Shown here: piece by piece, positions 28,462 to 38,363 of the stretch
Position numbering within the stretch: the stretch's first letter is position 1
Layout of the letters: the number at the start of each line of letters is the position of its first letter
NCBI GenBank assembly: GCA_964353555.1
Contig: CAYGWM010000001.1
Coordinates: forward strand, 3,659-67,658
Length of the DNA: 64,000 nucleotides
Source: an uncultured Spirochaetales bacterium
GTDB taxonomy: Bacteria > Myxococcota_A > UBA9160 > PR03
Reading direction: 5' to 3'
Position numbers and translations under genes: made by a program
Notes under the pieces: generated by a model
The model's database searches: none
Told to the model about the DNA's origin: nothing
Seen by the model: the letters and a program-made list of their open reading frames with translations, nothing else

Positions 28462-29705
28462 GTCTCGAGAAACTCTACGGTGCCATCTCGAAGCCGATCG
28501 GCGACGTGCTCGATCGCGCGCTCGCCGGTCGCGAGCTGTCGGTCGCCGACGCGACATTGCTGCTCGGCGCGCAGGGCGCCGACCTGCTCGCGCTGATGCA
28601 GGCCGCCGACGTCGCGCGGCGCGAAGACAAGGGTGACCTCGTCACCTACGTCGTCTGCCGGAACATGAACTTCACCAACGTCTGTTACGTCGGCTGCTCC
28701 TACTGCGGCTTCTCGCGACACAAAGACGACGCCGACGCCTACGACCATCCGATGGAGGCGCTCGTCGCGAAGGGTCGCGACGCGGCCCTGCGCGGCGCCA
28801 CCGAGTTCTGCATCCAGGGCGGCATCCATCCCGAGAAGGATCACACCCACTACCGCGAGATCCTGACGTCGCTGAAGGCAGCCTTCCCGCAGATCCACAT
28901 CCATGCGTTCTCGCCCGAGGAGATCGATCACGGCCACAAGAAGAGTGGCATGGCGCTCGCCGATTATCTGACGTGGTTGAAAGACGCCGGCCTCGGGACC
29001 ATCCCCGGAACGGCTGCCGAAATCCTCGACGATGAGATCCGCCAGGTGATCGAGCCGCGCAAGCTCGGCAGCGCGCGCTGGATCGAGATCATCGAAGCCG
29101 CGCACCGCGTCGGCCTGCGCTCGACCGCGACCGTGATGTATGGACACATCGAGCAGGCGCGTCACGTCGCGGCGCATCTGGGCACGATCCGCGAGATCCA
29201 GAAGCGCACCGGCGGCTTCACCGAGTTCGTGCCGCTCGGTTTCATCCACGAGAAGAACCGGCTCTTCCAGCACCTGCACGCGCGGCCCGGTTCATCGGGA
29301 CCGGAAGACATGCGCGTCGTCGCCGTCGCGCGACTGTTCCTGCGGCCGTGGATCCCGAACATCCAGATGTCGTGGGTGAAGATGGGGACCAAGCTCGCGC
29401 AGTTCGCGCTGCTGTCGGGCGCGAACGATTTCGGCGGCACGCTGATGGAGGAGTCGATCTCGCGCGAGTCCGGCTCGCAGCACGGCGAGAACCTGCCGCC
29501 CGAGGAGTTCCGCCGGCTGATCCGCGAAATGGGTCGCACCCCCGCCGAGCGCAGCACCAAGTACGAGATCCTGCGCGTGTTCGCGGATCCCGCGGAGGAT
29601 CCGCCGAGCCTCGAACCGGAACGCAAGAAGGATCTCGCTGGGCCGGCGCGCTGGAAGAAACAGGGCGAGAAGAATCCGCTGCGCGTGGCGGGGACGGGCG
29701 CCTAG
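28458..29705 (+). CDS. cofH: FO synthase subunit 2
   Basis: 'NMNFTNVCYVGCSYCGF', 'EFCIQGGIHPE', 'IHIHAFSPEEI' and 'ANDFGGTLMEESISRESG'. The ATG overlaps the cofG stop (ATGA). Confidence 0.9.
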   Translation: MSLEKLYGAISKPIGDVLDRALAGRELSVADATLLLGAQGADLLALMQAADVARREDKGDLVTYVVCRNMNFTNVCYVGCSYCGFSRHKDDADAYDHPMEALVAKGRDAALRGATEFCIQGGIHPEKDHTHYREILTSLKAAFPQIHIHAFSPEEIDHGHKKSGMALADYLTWLKDAGLGTIPGTAAEILDDEIRQVIEPRKLGSARWIEIIEAAHRVGLRSTATVMYGHIEQARHVAAHLGTIREIQKRTGGFTEFVPLGFIHEKNRLFQHLHARPGSSGPEDMRVVAVARLFLRPWIPNIQMSWVKMGTKLAQFALLSGANDFGGTLMEESISRESGSQHGENLPPEEFRRLIREMGRTPAERSTKYEILRVFADPAEDPPSLEPERKKDLAGPARWKKQGEKNPLRVAGTGA

Positions 29706-29809
29706 CCACACTGCTGCGTTTCCGCACCGGCGCGCGGCTCGCTCGGTCTCGGATTCCTGGTGCACGCTATCGTTGCCGCCGAATCTCTGGGCGCAGCGGC
29801 GGAGCGAGT

Positions 29810-30835
29810 GTGGCGATCGACGACATCCCGGACCGGACCCAAACATGGGACGCCGGAGACGACGCTCCGATCGTCTCCGTGATTCTGCCGGTCTACAACG
29901 AGCGGGAGACCCTCCCGGCACTCGAGACCCGGCTCCTGCCCGTGCTGCGGGATTGCGCCGGCGACCGCTTCGAAGTGATCCTGGTCGATGACGGAAGTCT
30001 GGACGGCTCGGCGCAGATCCTCGACGCCTTCCATGCGCGGGACCCGCGTCTCAAGGTGATCCACTTCTCGCGCAACTTCGGCCATCAGTCCGCGCTGCAG
30101 GCGGGGCTCGACGTGGCGGTCGGAGCCGCGGTGATCCTGATGGACGCGGACATGCAGGATCCACCGGAGGTCGTGCGGCAGCTCGTCGATCAATGGAAGC
30201 GCGGCTACGAAGTCGTCTACGCCGTCCGGCGTCGGCGCATGGAAAGCAGACTGAAACGGGCCGCCTACGCCGTCTTCTATCGAACGCTCAGGACCATCGC
30301 CGAGATCGACGTGCCGCTGGATTCGGGAGACTTCTGTCTGATCGATCGACGCGTGGTGCGGGCGCTGAACGACCTGCCCGAGCGAAATCGGTTCCTGCGC
30401 GGCCTGCGGAGCTGGGTCGGGTTCCGCCAGATCGGCGTCGAGTACGATCGCGAGGCGCGCTACGGAGGCGATTCGAAATACACGCTCGGCAAGCTCATCC
30501 GTCTCGCGTTGTCCGGCTACATCGGATTCTCAGCCGTTCCGCTGCGCGCAGCCGTGTGGCTCGGAGTCTCGGCCGCGGCAACCGGGTTCCTGATCGCGAT
30601 CTGGGCGCTCGCGACGAAGCTCTGGGGCGTGTACACACCGCGCGGTTGGCTCTCTACCGTCGCCGTCATCCTGTTCATCGGCGGCGTGCAGCTCCTGATC
30701 CTGGGCGTGATCGGCGAGTATCTGAGTCGCGTCTACGACGAGGTTCGCCAGCGGCCTCTCTACATCGTTCGCTCGCGTCTGGGCTTTGGATCGCGCGAAG
30801 GCGCAGCCGATGCACGAGACATCGAGTCGCGATGA
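29810..30835 (+). CDS. polyprenyl-phosphate glycosyltransferase (GT2, ArnC/GtrB/DPM1-like)
   Basis: 'VSVILPVYNE', 'ILVDDGSLDGS', 'RNFGHQSA' and 'MDADMQDPPE', followed by two C-terminal TM helices and 'GEYLSRVYDEVRQRPLYIV'. GTG at 29810. Confidence 0.85.
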   Translation: MAIDDIPDRTQTWDAGDDAPIVSVILPVYNERETLPALETRLLPVLRDCAGDRFEVILVDDGSLDGSAQILDAFHARDPRLKVIHFSRNFGHQSALQAGLDVAVGAAVILMDADMQDPPEVVRQLVDQWKRGYEVVYAVRRRRMESRLKRAAYAVFYRTLRTIAEIDVPLDSGDFCLIDRRVVRALNDLPERNRFLRGLRSWVGFRQIGVEYDREARYGGDSKYTLGKLIRLALSGYIGFSAVPLRAAVWLGVSAAATGFLIAIWALATKLWGVYTPRGWLSTVAVILFIGGVQLLILGVIGEYLSRVYDEVRQRPLYIVRSRLGFGSREGAADARDIESR

Positions 30836-30881
30836 AGCCGGATTGCGCGGAAGAGCGTCGCGCCATTGAGGCTCGGCATCC

Positions 30882-33122
30882 GTGGTGCCGCGGAAGTGCG
30901 CGATGTCGCCGGTGAGTGACGACCCCTTCCGATCCCGATCTGCGCCGTCTCGGCGCACGGATTTGATCGTCCTGTCGGGCATCATCGCGTCGTCCGTGGC
31001 CGTGACCGCGCTCCCCATATTCTTGTCGGGGCATCTCCATCACGACACGCTCGGCGTCTTTCCATACTTCCTGGACAACTTCGTATCGCTGTACCGCTTC
31101 GGAGAACCAGCCTGGTGGTCTCCCAAGATCAGCTTCGGATTCCCGACGTACTTCTATGCCCTCGTCGGAATCGTCAACGCCGGCAAGCCGGCATTCATGT
31201 TCGTGGGGCTGCTGGTCTGGATGCTGGGACGGCTCGGCATCGACATTCCCGACATGGTTCCCGTGTACATCTTCTACTTCGCCGTGCTGCTTCCCGCGTT
31301 GTTCGTGGTCGGCGTGGGACTCGTCGCGCGACGACTGCTCCGTTCGCGGGTGGCGCTTCTCTATGTGATGATCGTCGCGGCGTTCTCGCCCGGTGTGATC
31401 CTGAATCTGACCGACCCGGGAATGCTCGAGTACATGGCCTATTGCCTGTTCTGCGTCGCGGCCTACTTCGACTTCGTCGCCAGACCGAGCGCGCGGTCGT
31501 TTGCGCTCTTGTGTCTCTGCGGTGGGCTGATCAGCCTCGCCTTCAGCCAGTACGCTCTGATGACTGCGATTCCGTGGCTTCCGCTCCTCGTGATCACTTC
31601 GGCGGCAGTCTCGAAGTCGGCGCGAGCGGCGCTTCGGAGTGTGCCCATCTGGCAATGGGCGGCGGCGGCGATGCTGATCGTCGTGACGGCTTTGCCGAGC
31701 CTGATCGCTTATGCGCAGCAGCGCGACGAGACGACCCAGTACTCGCTGGACGGTTTCGAGTATTCCTTCTCCCGCATCAAGCCGGGGAACCCGCTCGAGT
31801 TCCTGCTCGCTAGCGTGCCGGCGATCACGTTCGAATGGGACGACTACCATCAAGGTGAGGACGCGCCCATCTCGGAGTTCAGGGCGGACGGGCTCGAGCG
31901 AGGCCGGCCCGGCGGCTTCGACTATCTGGGTGTGCTCGCCATTCCACTCGCGGCGCTGGGATTGGTGTACGGCCGTCGCCGTCTGCGGGTTCCGCTGTTC
32001 ATCATGCTGGTAGCGGCGATGACCGTCCTCGCGCTGCCGGGCTTCAGCCCGCTGTTCTCGCTGCTCCTCGCCTTCCCCTCGCCCCTGCGGAGCATGAATC
32101 ACTACGGCGATCTGCTGTATCGCGGCGGTGGATTCCTGCTGCTGCTCTTTGCGGCAGGCATGGGTCTCGAAGCGGCGCTGCGGCGTCGCGCCGTTCTCGA
32201 GCGGCTCGCGCCGCTCCTTGCCGCCACCAGCGTCGTGTCGCTGGGTGTCTGGTTCCACTTCGGACGGCCGGCGCAGAGTCTAGTGGGATTCTGCATGGCG
32301 CTGACGGTCTGTTTCCTGGTGGTGTTGCTGTGGGCCGCTCGTCTGCCGCGAAGGAGCGGCTCTCGGCTGCTCGCTGCTGGCATCCTGGGGCTTACCGCGA
32401 TCGACGTCTCGACCGCCGCATTCTGGCACATCCGCCTCCTGGTCATCGGTGAGCGCCAGCACTACGGACTCGGAGCAGGGCAGGGTCGCGACGATCCCTA
32501 TCCCGAAACCCAGGTCGCGGTGCTGATGCGCGAGACCAAGAAGATGGGCGAACGCGGCCTGCCTCTGGAGCGGATTCCATCGGTGAGCGCGTTCTGCAGC
32601 GCGCACACCTACGAGGATCTGCCGTCCGCGAGCGATTTCGAGCGCGCTCTCGACGTACCCAAGGCGGAACGTTCCCTGCCGCTGCCTGCGACGCTGCGGG
32701 ACGACGAATCGCTGCGCGCCTTCTTCGACCGACCTCCGGGGCAACCCTGCAAGACCTGGCTCGAACACGGCGGAAGCTTCAACTCGAAGCACGTGGTCGT
32801 CACCGCGGACCAGCCGACTCTCGTGCTCTTCGGCGACGCCTACGCGAAAGAGTGGCGCGCTACCGTCGATGGGATCCCGACACCCGTTCATCGCGCATTC
32901 GGAGCCTTCAAGGCGGTGTCCGTGCCTGCCGGCAAGTCTGATCTGCGACTCCGCTTCGAGCCGCCGTTGGTCGGCAAGGCGCTCGGGGGCGCCTACCTGG
33001 TCATGGTGGTGCTGGGACTCGTCGTGCTGCGGATGCCGCCGGACCGCGGGCCCTCCGGAACATCGTTTGCATCCTCGTCGCGACGAGACCGCCGACCGGA
33101 AGAACACAGCCAGCTGCGATAG
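30882..33122 (+). CDS. YfhO-like polytopic membrane protein (second copy)
   Basis: 746 aa with many TM helices. The C-terminal domain 'WRATVDGIPTPVHRAFGAFKAVSVPAGKSDLRLRFEPP' plus a final TM parallels the 15668..17902 protein. An alternative ATG is at 30903. Confidence 0.7.
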   Translation: MVPRKCAMSPVSDDPFRSRSAPSRRTDLIVLSGIIASSVAVTALPIFLSGHLHHDTLGVFPYFLDNFVSLYRFGEPAWWSPKISFGFPTYFYALVGIVNAGKPAFMFVGLLVWMLGRLGIDIPDMVPVYIFYFAVLLPALFVVGVGLVARRLLRSRVALLYVMIVAAFSPGVILNLTDPGMLEYMAYCLFCVAAYFDFVARPSARSFALLCLCGGLISLAFSQYALMTAIPWLPLLVITSAAVSKSARAALRSVPIWQWAAAAMLIVVTALPSLIAYAQQRDETTQYSLDGFEYSFSRIKPGNPLEFLLASVPAITFEWDDYHQGEDAPISEFRADGLERGRPGGFDYLGVLAIPLAALGLVYGRRRLRVPLFIMLVAAMTVLALPGFSPLFSLLLAFPSPLRSMNHYGDLLYRGGGFLLLLFAAGMGLEAALRRRAVLERLAPLLAATSVVSLGVWFHFGRPAQSLVGFCMALTVCFLVVLLWAARLPRRSGSRLLAAGILGLTAIDVSTAAFWHIRLLVIGERQHYGLGAGQGRDDPYPETQVAVLMRETKKMGERGLPLERIPSVSAFCSAHTYEDLPSASDFERALDVPKAERSLPLPATLRDDESLRAFFDRPPGQPCKTWLEHGGSFNSKHVVVTADQPTLVLFGDAYAKEWRATVDGIPTPVHRAFGAFKAVSVPAGKSDLRLRFEPPLVGKALGGAYLVMVVLGLVVLRMPPDRGPSGTSFASSSRRDRRPEEHSQLR

Positions 33123-33156
33123 CGGCGTTCGCAGCTTCATCGTACGCGGAGACGAG

Positions 33157-33774
33157 ATGGCACTCACAGATCTGTTCCAGTCCCCGGCGCTCTACATCGC
33201 TTTCCAGCGTTTGATCGGCGGCGCGCGAATGCGCAGCGTCTGCCTCCGCAAGTTGGCACCGAAGGAGGGCGAGCGAATCCTCGACATCGGCTGCGGACCC
33301 GCTTACTACCTCCCCGAGATGCCGCGCGTCGATTATCACGGCTTCGACACCGATGCGCGCTACATCGAGTACGCGCGCTCGCGATTCGGCCGTCTGGGCA
33401 CGTTCCATTGCGAGACCTTCAGCGCCGAACACGCCGCCCCCCTCGGGCACTTCGATGGCGTTCTCTTGATGGGCCTCCTGCACCATCTGGACGACGAGGC
33501 CTGCAATACGGTGCTGCGGCTGGTGGCGAGCGTTCTGAAACCCGAGGGCCGTGCGATTGCACTCGACACCACACTGCACAAGGGTCAGAACAGATTGGAG
33601 CGCATGATGGCGGTACGGGACCGCGGCAAGTATGTGCGGCGCCCGGAAGAATTCGAGGCGCTCGCGAAGTCGTGGTTCGGCTCCGTGGAAGGGAGCGTCA
33701 GCTCGGAACGATTCTTCCCTGCGATCCACTGGTGGATGGAGATGCGGCGGCCGCGCAACCCGGAGCCGCGATGA
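33157..33774 (+). CDS. class I SAM-dependent methyltransferase
   Basis: 'ILDIGCGPAYY' motif I, plus 'VLLMGLLHHL' and 'LKPEGRAI'. ATG at 33157 inside ORF 32869..33774. Confidence 0.75.
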   Translation: MALTDLFQSPALYIAFQRLIGGARMRSVCLRKLAPKEGERILDIGCGPAYYLPEMPRVDYHGFDTDARYIEYARSRFGRLGTFHCETFSAEHAAPLGHFDGVLLMGLLHHLDDEACNTVLRLVASVLKPEGRAIALDTTLHKGQNRLERMMAVRDRGKYVRRPEEFEALAKSWFGSVEGSVSSERFFPAIHWWMEMRRPRNPEPR

Positions 33775-33841
33775 CACTCACCGGCGCGGACGAAGTTGCG
33801 CTTTCCCCTCTGCTCGGATTCGAGTGGCAGCAGGCCCGCTT

Positions 33842-35542
33842 TCAGCGCTTCGCCTCGTACACCAACTCCCCCTCGAAGAGCGTCATCAGCACCTTCGTCT
33901 TCGCGATCTCCGCGGGCGCGATCGCGAAGAGATCCTGATCTAGAACCACCAGGTCGGCCGACTTGCCGACCTCGATCGAACCCGTCTCCGCTTCTCGATG
34001 CATCAGCGTCGCTCCGCCGATCGTGTAGGCGCCGATCATCGTCGCGAGGTCGACGCTCTCGCCCGCACCGAGCTGCGCGCCGCCCGGTTTCTGCGGATCG
34101 CTGCGCGTGACCGCGACCTGCATCGCCGCGAGCGGATTCATCGACGACACCGGCCAGTCGCTGCCGGCCGCGAGCGGCGCGGAGGCGCGCGCGAGGCTGC
34201 CGATCGGATACATCCACTCGGTCCGTGCGCGGCCGAGCAGCGGCACGTCGAGTTCCATCGCGTAGTCGTCGGGGAACGCCCAGAGCGCCTGCACATTCGC
34301 GAAGACGCCGAGCGCGGCGAAGCGCGGCCAGTCGACCGGATCGACGAGCTGGAGGTGCGCAATGTGGTGGCGCGCGTCGCGCGGACCATTGCGTTCGCGC
34401 GCGGCGGCGATGGCGTCGAGCGCTTCGCGCACCGCGGCGTCGCCGATCGCGTGGAAGTGCAGCTGGAAGCCGTCGCGATCTAGCTGCGTTGCGAACTCGG
34501 CGAGCCGCTCTGGCGTGAAGTTGGGCGCGCCGCGGTCGCTGCCGCCTTCGTAGGGCTCGAGCAGGAACGCGGTGCGCGACTCGGCGACGCCGTCGACGAA
34601 GATCTTGATCGCATTGCCGCGCACGTGCTCGGTGAAGTCGTGGCTGCGACGGCTCACCAATTCGGCAATCTGCTCGTCGCCGCGCGCAGGGTCGAGCCAC
34701 AGCGATAGTGTGACGCGCGCGTGCAGCATCCCGGCGAGATCGAGCAGGCGATAGGCCCAGTCGTATTTGCTCGTCGTCGCGCGCGCTTCGACGAATGACG
34801 TGATGCCGAACTGGTTCGCCGTCGCGATGGCGCGTCGCAGGCCGCGCAGCGCGTCGAGCGGGCCGACGTCGAAGGCGAGCGCCTGCACCGGCTCCATCGC
34901 CGTTTCGCGCAGCGTACCGGATGGCTCGCCGCTCGCAGGATCGCGCTCGATGCGGCCGCGCGGCGGATCGGGCGTCTCGCGATCGATGCGCGCCGCCACG
35001 AGCGCGCGCGAGTTCACCCAGGCCGAGTGGCCGTCTCCGGCGATCAAGAAGACCGGGCGGTCCGGAACGATGCGATCGAGTTCTTCCTTGCGCGGATTCG
35101 CGTCCGGGAACGCCGCGAGCGACCAGCCGCTGCCTGCGATCCAGGCCGCCTCCGGATGCGCCGCGGCGTAGCGCCCGATCGCCGCGAAGATCGCTTCTGC
35201 GTTGCGTTCCTTCGAGAGATCGCACGCGTCCACTGAGACGCCGCCTTCGAGCATGTGAACGTGCGCATCGGTGAAGGAGGGCAGCAACACGCGACCGGCG
35301 AGGTCGACGCTGCGCGTGTCCGGTCCGACGAAGGCGGCGCCGCCCGCGGCGTCGCCGACGTAGACGATGCGGCCGTCGTCCACCGCGACGGCTTCGGCCA
35401 CGCGTCGCTGTGCGTCGGCCGTGTAGACGCGACCGCCGTGGAACACCCACTCGGCGCCGTCGCGGCTGCATGCGGTCGCCGCGAGCAACGGCGTGGCCAC
35501 CAGCAACACCGCCACTCGTCTTTTCCACCTGCGCATTCGCAT
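33842..35542 (-). CDS. amidohydrolase-family metallohydrolase (YtcJ-like), lipoprotein
   Basis: Signal plus lipobox 'LLAATAC'. 'LPSFTDAHVHMLEGG' (HxH metal site), 'HFHAIGDAA', 'HIAHLQL' and the C-terminal 'GSDWPV'. Confidence 0.85.
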   Translation of the reverse strand: MRMRRWKRRVAVLLVATPLLAATACSRDGAEWVFHGGRVYTADAQRRVAEAVAVDDGRIVYVGDAAGGAAFVGPDTRSVDLAGRVLLPSFTDAHVHMLEGGVSVDACDLSKERNAEAIFAAIGRYAAAHPEAAWIAGSGWSLAAFPDANPRKEELDRIVPDRPVFLIAGDGHSAWVNSRALVAARIDRETPDPPRGRIERDPASGEPSGTLRETAMEPVQALAFDVGPLDALRGLRRAIATANQFGITSFVEARATTSKYDWAYRLLDLAGMLHARVTLSLWLDPARGDEQIAELVSRRSHDFTEHVRGNAIKIFVDGVAESRTAFLLEPYEGGSDRGAPNFTPERLAEFATQLDRDGFQLHFHAIGDAAVREALDAIAAARERNGPRDARHHIAHLQLVDPVDWPRFAALGVFANVQALWAFPDDYAMELDVPLLGRARTEWMYPIGSLARASAPLAAGSDWPVSSMNPLAAMQVAVTRSDPQKPGGAQLGAGESVDLATMIGAYTIGGATLMHREAETGSIEVGKSADLVVLDQDLFAIAPAEIAKTKVLMTLFEGELVYEAKR

Positions 35543-35622
35543 TTGCGCGCAGCATGGCCCAGCCGGGGTGCAGGTGCCCGGCGACCGTGGAACAATGCGC
35601 TGCCCACCAACAGGAGGTCAGA

Positions 35623-36555
35623 TTGCGGGTTCTCGTCACGGGCGGCGCGGGGTATCTCGGCTCGATTCTCTGCGAGCATCTGCTCGCCGCGGGGCACCGC
35701 GTGACCGCGCTCGACGCGCTCCATCACAGCGTGCCGTCGCTGCTGCACCTGTGCGAAAATGCGCGCTTCGAGTTCGTTCGCGGCGACGCGCGCGACGAAG
35801 CGCTGCTCGCTCGGCTGGTGGCAGACGCCGACGCGATCATCCCGCTCGCGGCAGTGGTCGGCGCGCCGGCCTGTGATCGCGATCCGTGGCTCGCGACGTC
35901 CACCAACCTCGACGCGATCCGCCTGCTGCTGCGGCTGCGCTCGCCCGAGCAGCTGATCGTGTATCCGACGACGAACAGCGGTTACGGCACGCAATCGGGC
36001 GATGTCCTCTGCACCGAGGAGACGCCGCTCGAGCCGATCTCCTTGTACGGCCGCACCAAGGTGCAGGCGGAAGCCGACGTGCTGGCCAGCCCGAACGCGA
36101 TCACGCTGCGACTCGCGACGGTGTTCGGAACGTCGCCGCGGATGCGACTCGATCTGCTCGTCAACCACTTCGTCTACGCGGCCGTCACCGATGGCTATCT
36201 GGTGCTGTTCGAGCAGGAGTTCAAGCGCAACTTCATCCACATCCGCGATGTCGCCGACTGCTTCGTGCACTGCCTTGCGAACCCGCAGCGGATGCTCGGT
36301 CGGGCGCACAATGCGGGACTCGACAGCGCGAACATCTCGAAGGGCGAACTCGCCGCCGCGGTGCAGAAGCAGGTGCCGAACTTCCACGTCGTCGTCTCGG
36401 CGATCGGCTCGGATCCCGACAAGCGCAACTACATCGTCTCCAACCAGCGACTTCGAGAAGCCGGCTTCGAGGCGCGTCGCTCGCTCGAGGACGGCATCCG
36501 CGAGCTGCTGCGCGCCTATCGGATGCTCCCGCTCGGCAACTTTCGGAACGCGTGA
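35623..36555 (+). CDS. NAD-dependent sugar epimerase/dehydratase (extended SDR)
   Basis: TTG start 5 nt after 'aggagg'. 'VLVTGGAGYLGS' and catalytic 'SLYGRTK' (YxxxK). Confidence 0.8.
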   Translation: MRVLVTGGAGYLGSILCEHLLAAGHRVTALDALHHSVPSLLHLCENARFEFVRGDARDEALLARLVADADAIIPLAAVVGAPACDRDPWLATSTNLDAIRLLLRLRSPEQLIVYPTTNSGYGTQSGDVLCTEETPLEPISLYGRTKVQAEADVLASPNAITLRLATVFGTSPRMRLDLLVNHFVYAAVTDGYLVLFEQEFKRNFIHIRDVADCFVHCLANPQRMLGRAHNAGLDSANISKGELAAAVQKQVPNFHVVVSAIGSDPDKRNYIVSNQRLREAGFEARRSLEDGIRELLRAYRMLPLGNFRNA

Positions 36556-37298
36556 CGAAGTCGAACGCACTCGCCGAAATCCCGGTCGCGATCCTGGCCG
36601 GCGGACTCGGTACACGGCTGCGCCCATCGATCGGCGAACGGCCGAAGGTGGTCGCGGAAGTGAACGGCCGCCCGTTCCTTGCGTATCTGCTCGATCAGGT
36701 CGCGCGCTTCGGCTTCCGCGACGTGGTGCTCTGCGTGGGCTGGCAGGCGGACGCCGTCGAGGCGGCGCTCGGCGCGCGCCACGGACCGCTGCGACTGCGC
36801 TACTCGCGCGAGCCCGCGCCGCTCGGTACCGGCGGCGCACTGCGCCTCGCGCTGCCGCTGCTCGAAGGTCCCGCCGCGATGGTGATGAACGGCGATTCGT
36901 ACTGCGACGCCGATCTCGCCGCGGCCTGGGCATGGCACCGCGAAAAGCGCTCATCGGCGACGCTGGTACTGGTCGAGATGGCCGATACGTCCCGCTACGG
37001 CCGTGTCGAGCTCGACGAAAGCGATTCCAGCGGCTCGATCTGCCGCTTCCTGGAAAAGCAGCAAGGCAGCACACCAGGTTGGATCAATGCGGGAATCTAC
37101 CTGCTGGACCGCTCTCGCATCGAGTCGATCGCGGCGGACCGCGCGCTGTCGTTCGAGCTCGACGTGCTGCCGGGCTGGGTGGGCGCGGGGCTGATGGGCC
37201 ATCGCGTGGAAGCTCGTTTCATTGATATAGGAACGCCTCAATCGTATTCTACTGCGTCCCGATTCTTCGAGGGGGAAGCCTGGAGGAAGACCGAGTGA
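36552..37298 (+). CDS. sugar-1-phosphate nucleotidyltransferase (HddC-like, D-glycero-D-manno-heptose-1-P guanylyltransferase family)
   Basis: 'VAILAGGLGTRLRP...PKVVAEVNGRPFL', 'EPAPLGTGGAL', 'MNGDSY' and 'SRYGRV...FLEK'. The GTG overlaps the upstream stop (GTGA). Confidence 0.8.
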   Translation: MTKSNALAEIPVAILAGGLGTRLRPSIGERPKVVAEVNGRPFLAYLLDQVARFGFRDVVLCVGWQADAVEAALGARHGPLRLRYSREPAPLGTGGALRLALPLLEGPAAMVMNGDSYCDADLAAAWAWHREKRSSATLVLVEMADTSRYGRVELDESDSSGSICRFLEKQQGSTPGWINAGIYLLDRSRIESIAADRALSFELDVLPGWVGAGLMGHRVEARFIDIGTPQSYSTASRFFEGEAWRKTE

Positions 37299-38353
37299 TC
37301 ATCAGCCGCACGCCCTACCGCATCTCCTTCTTCGGAGGCGGCACTGATTATCCGGACTGGTACCGCGAGCATGGCGGCGCGGTGCTCGCGACCTCGATCG
37401 ACAAGTACTGCTATCTCTCCGCACGCTTCCTGCCGCCGTTCTTCGAGCACAAGATCCGCGTCGTCTACTCGAAGATCGAGGATTGCCACGACATCGACGA
37501 GATCCAGCACCCGGCGGTCCGCGAGATCCTGCGCTTCCTGCGCTTCGAGCGCGGCGTCGAGATCCACCATGACGGCGACCTGCCGGCGCGCAGCGGGATC
37601 GGCTCCTCCTCGTCGTTCTGCGTCGGCCTGCTGCACGCACTCTACGCGCTCACCGGCAAGATGCCGAGCAAGCACCAGCTCGCGACCGAGGGCATCCACA
37701 TCGAGCAGGAAGTGCTGAACGAAACGGTCGGCTCGCAAGACCAGGTGACGGCGGCCCACGGCGGCTTCAACCACCTGATGTTCCAGCCGAGCGGCGAGAT
37801 CTCGGTGCGGCCGATCACGATCGGCCCACAGCGGATGCACGAACTCGAGTCGCATCTGCTGCTCTTCTTCACCGGCGTGAGGCGCACCTCTTCGGATGTG
37901 GCGCAGAGCTACGTCCACAATTTCGACGGCAACAAGCGTCACTTGCGGATCATGAAGGACCTCGTCGACGAAGCCCTGGCGGTGCTGTCGAGCGATCGCC
38001 CGCTGGAGAACTTCGGCACGCTGCTGCACGAATCGTGGCTCGCGAAGCGCAGTCTCTCGAAAGAGGTCTCGACCTCCGAGATCGACGAGATCTATCAGAG
38101 CGCGCTCGGCGCGGGCGCGCTCGGTGGGAAACTGCTCGGCGCTGGCGGTGGCGGGTTCCTGCTGCTCTTCGCCAGTCCGGATCGCCACGAGATCCTGAAG
38201 CAGAAACTCGACGGTCTGATCCACGTCCCGTTCCGCTTCGAGTCCGGCGGCTCGCAGATCATCTTCTACGACCCCGAGGCGGACTACACTGCCGAGGAGC
38301 GCGTACGTGCCAATGGTCCGCCCAAGGTGTTCCGCGAGCGCGGCGGCTGCTGA
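37295..38353 (+). CDS. GHMP-family sugar kinase (HddA-like)
   Basis: 'IISRTPYRISFFGGGTDYPDWY', the GHMP ATP motif 'DLPARSGIGSSSSF', 'GSQDQVTAAHGGFN' and 'GGKLLGAGGGGFLLLF'. GTGA overlap with the upstream gene. Confidence 0.85.
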   Translation: MIISRTPYRISFFGGGTDYPDWYREHGGAVLATSIDKYCYLSARFLPPFFEHKIRVVYSKIEDCHDIDEIQHPAVREILRFLRFERGVEIHHDGDLPARSGIGSSSSFCVGLLHALYALTGKMPSKHQLATEGIHIEQEVLNETVGSQDQVTAAHGGFNHLMFQPSGEISVRPITIGPQRMHELESHLLLFFTGVRRTSSDVAQSYVHNFDGNKRHLRIMKDLVDEALAVLSSDRPLENFGTLLHESWLAKRSLSKEVSTSEIDEIYQSALGAGALGGKLLGAGGGGFLLLFASPDRHEILKQKLDGLIHVPFRFESGGSQIIFYDPEADYTAEERVRANGPPKVFRERGGC

Positions 38354-38363
38354 GCGGTGCCAG

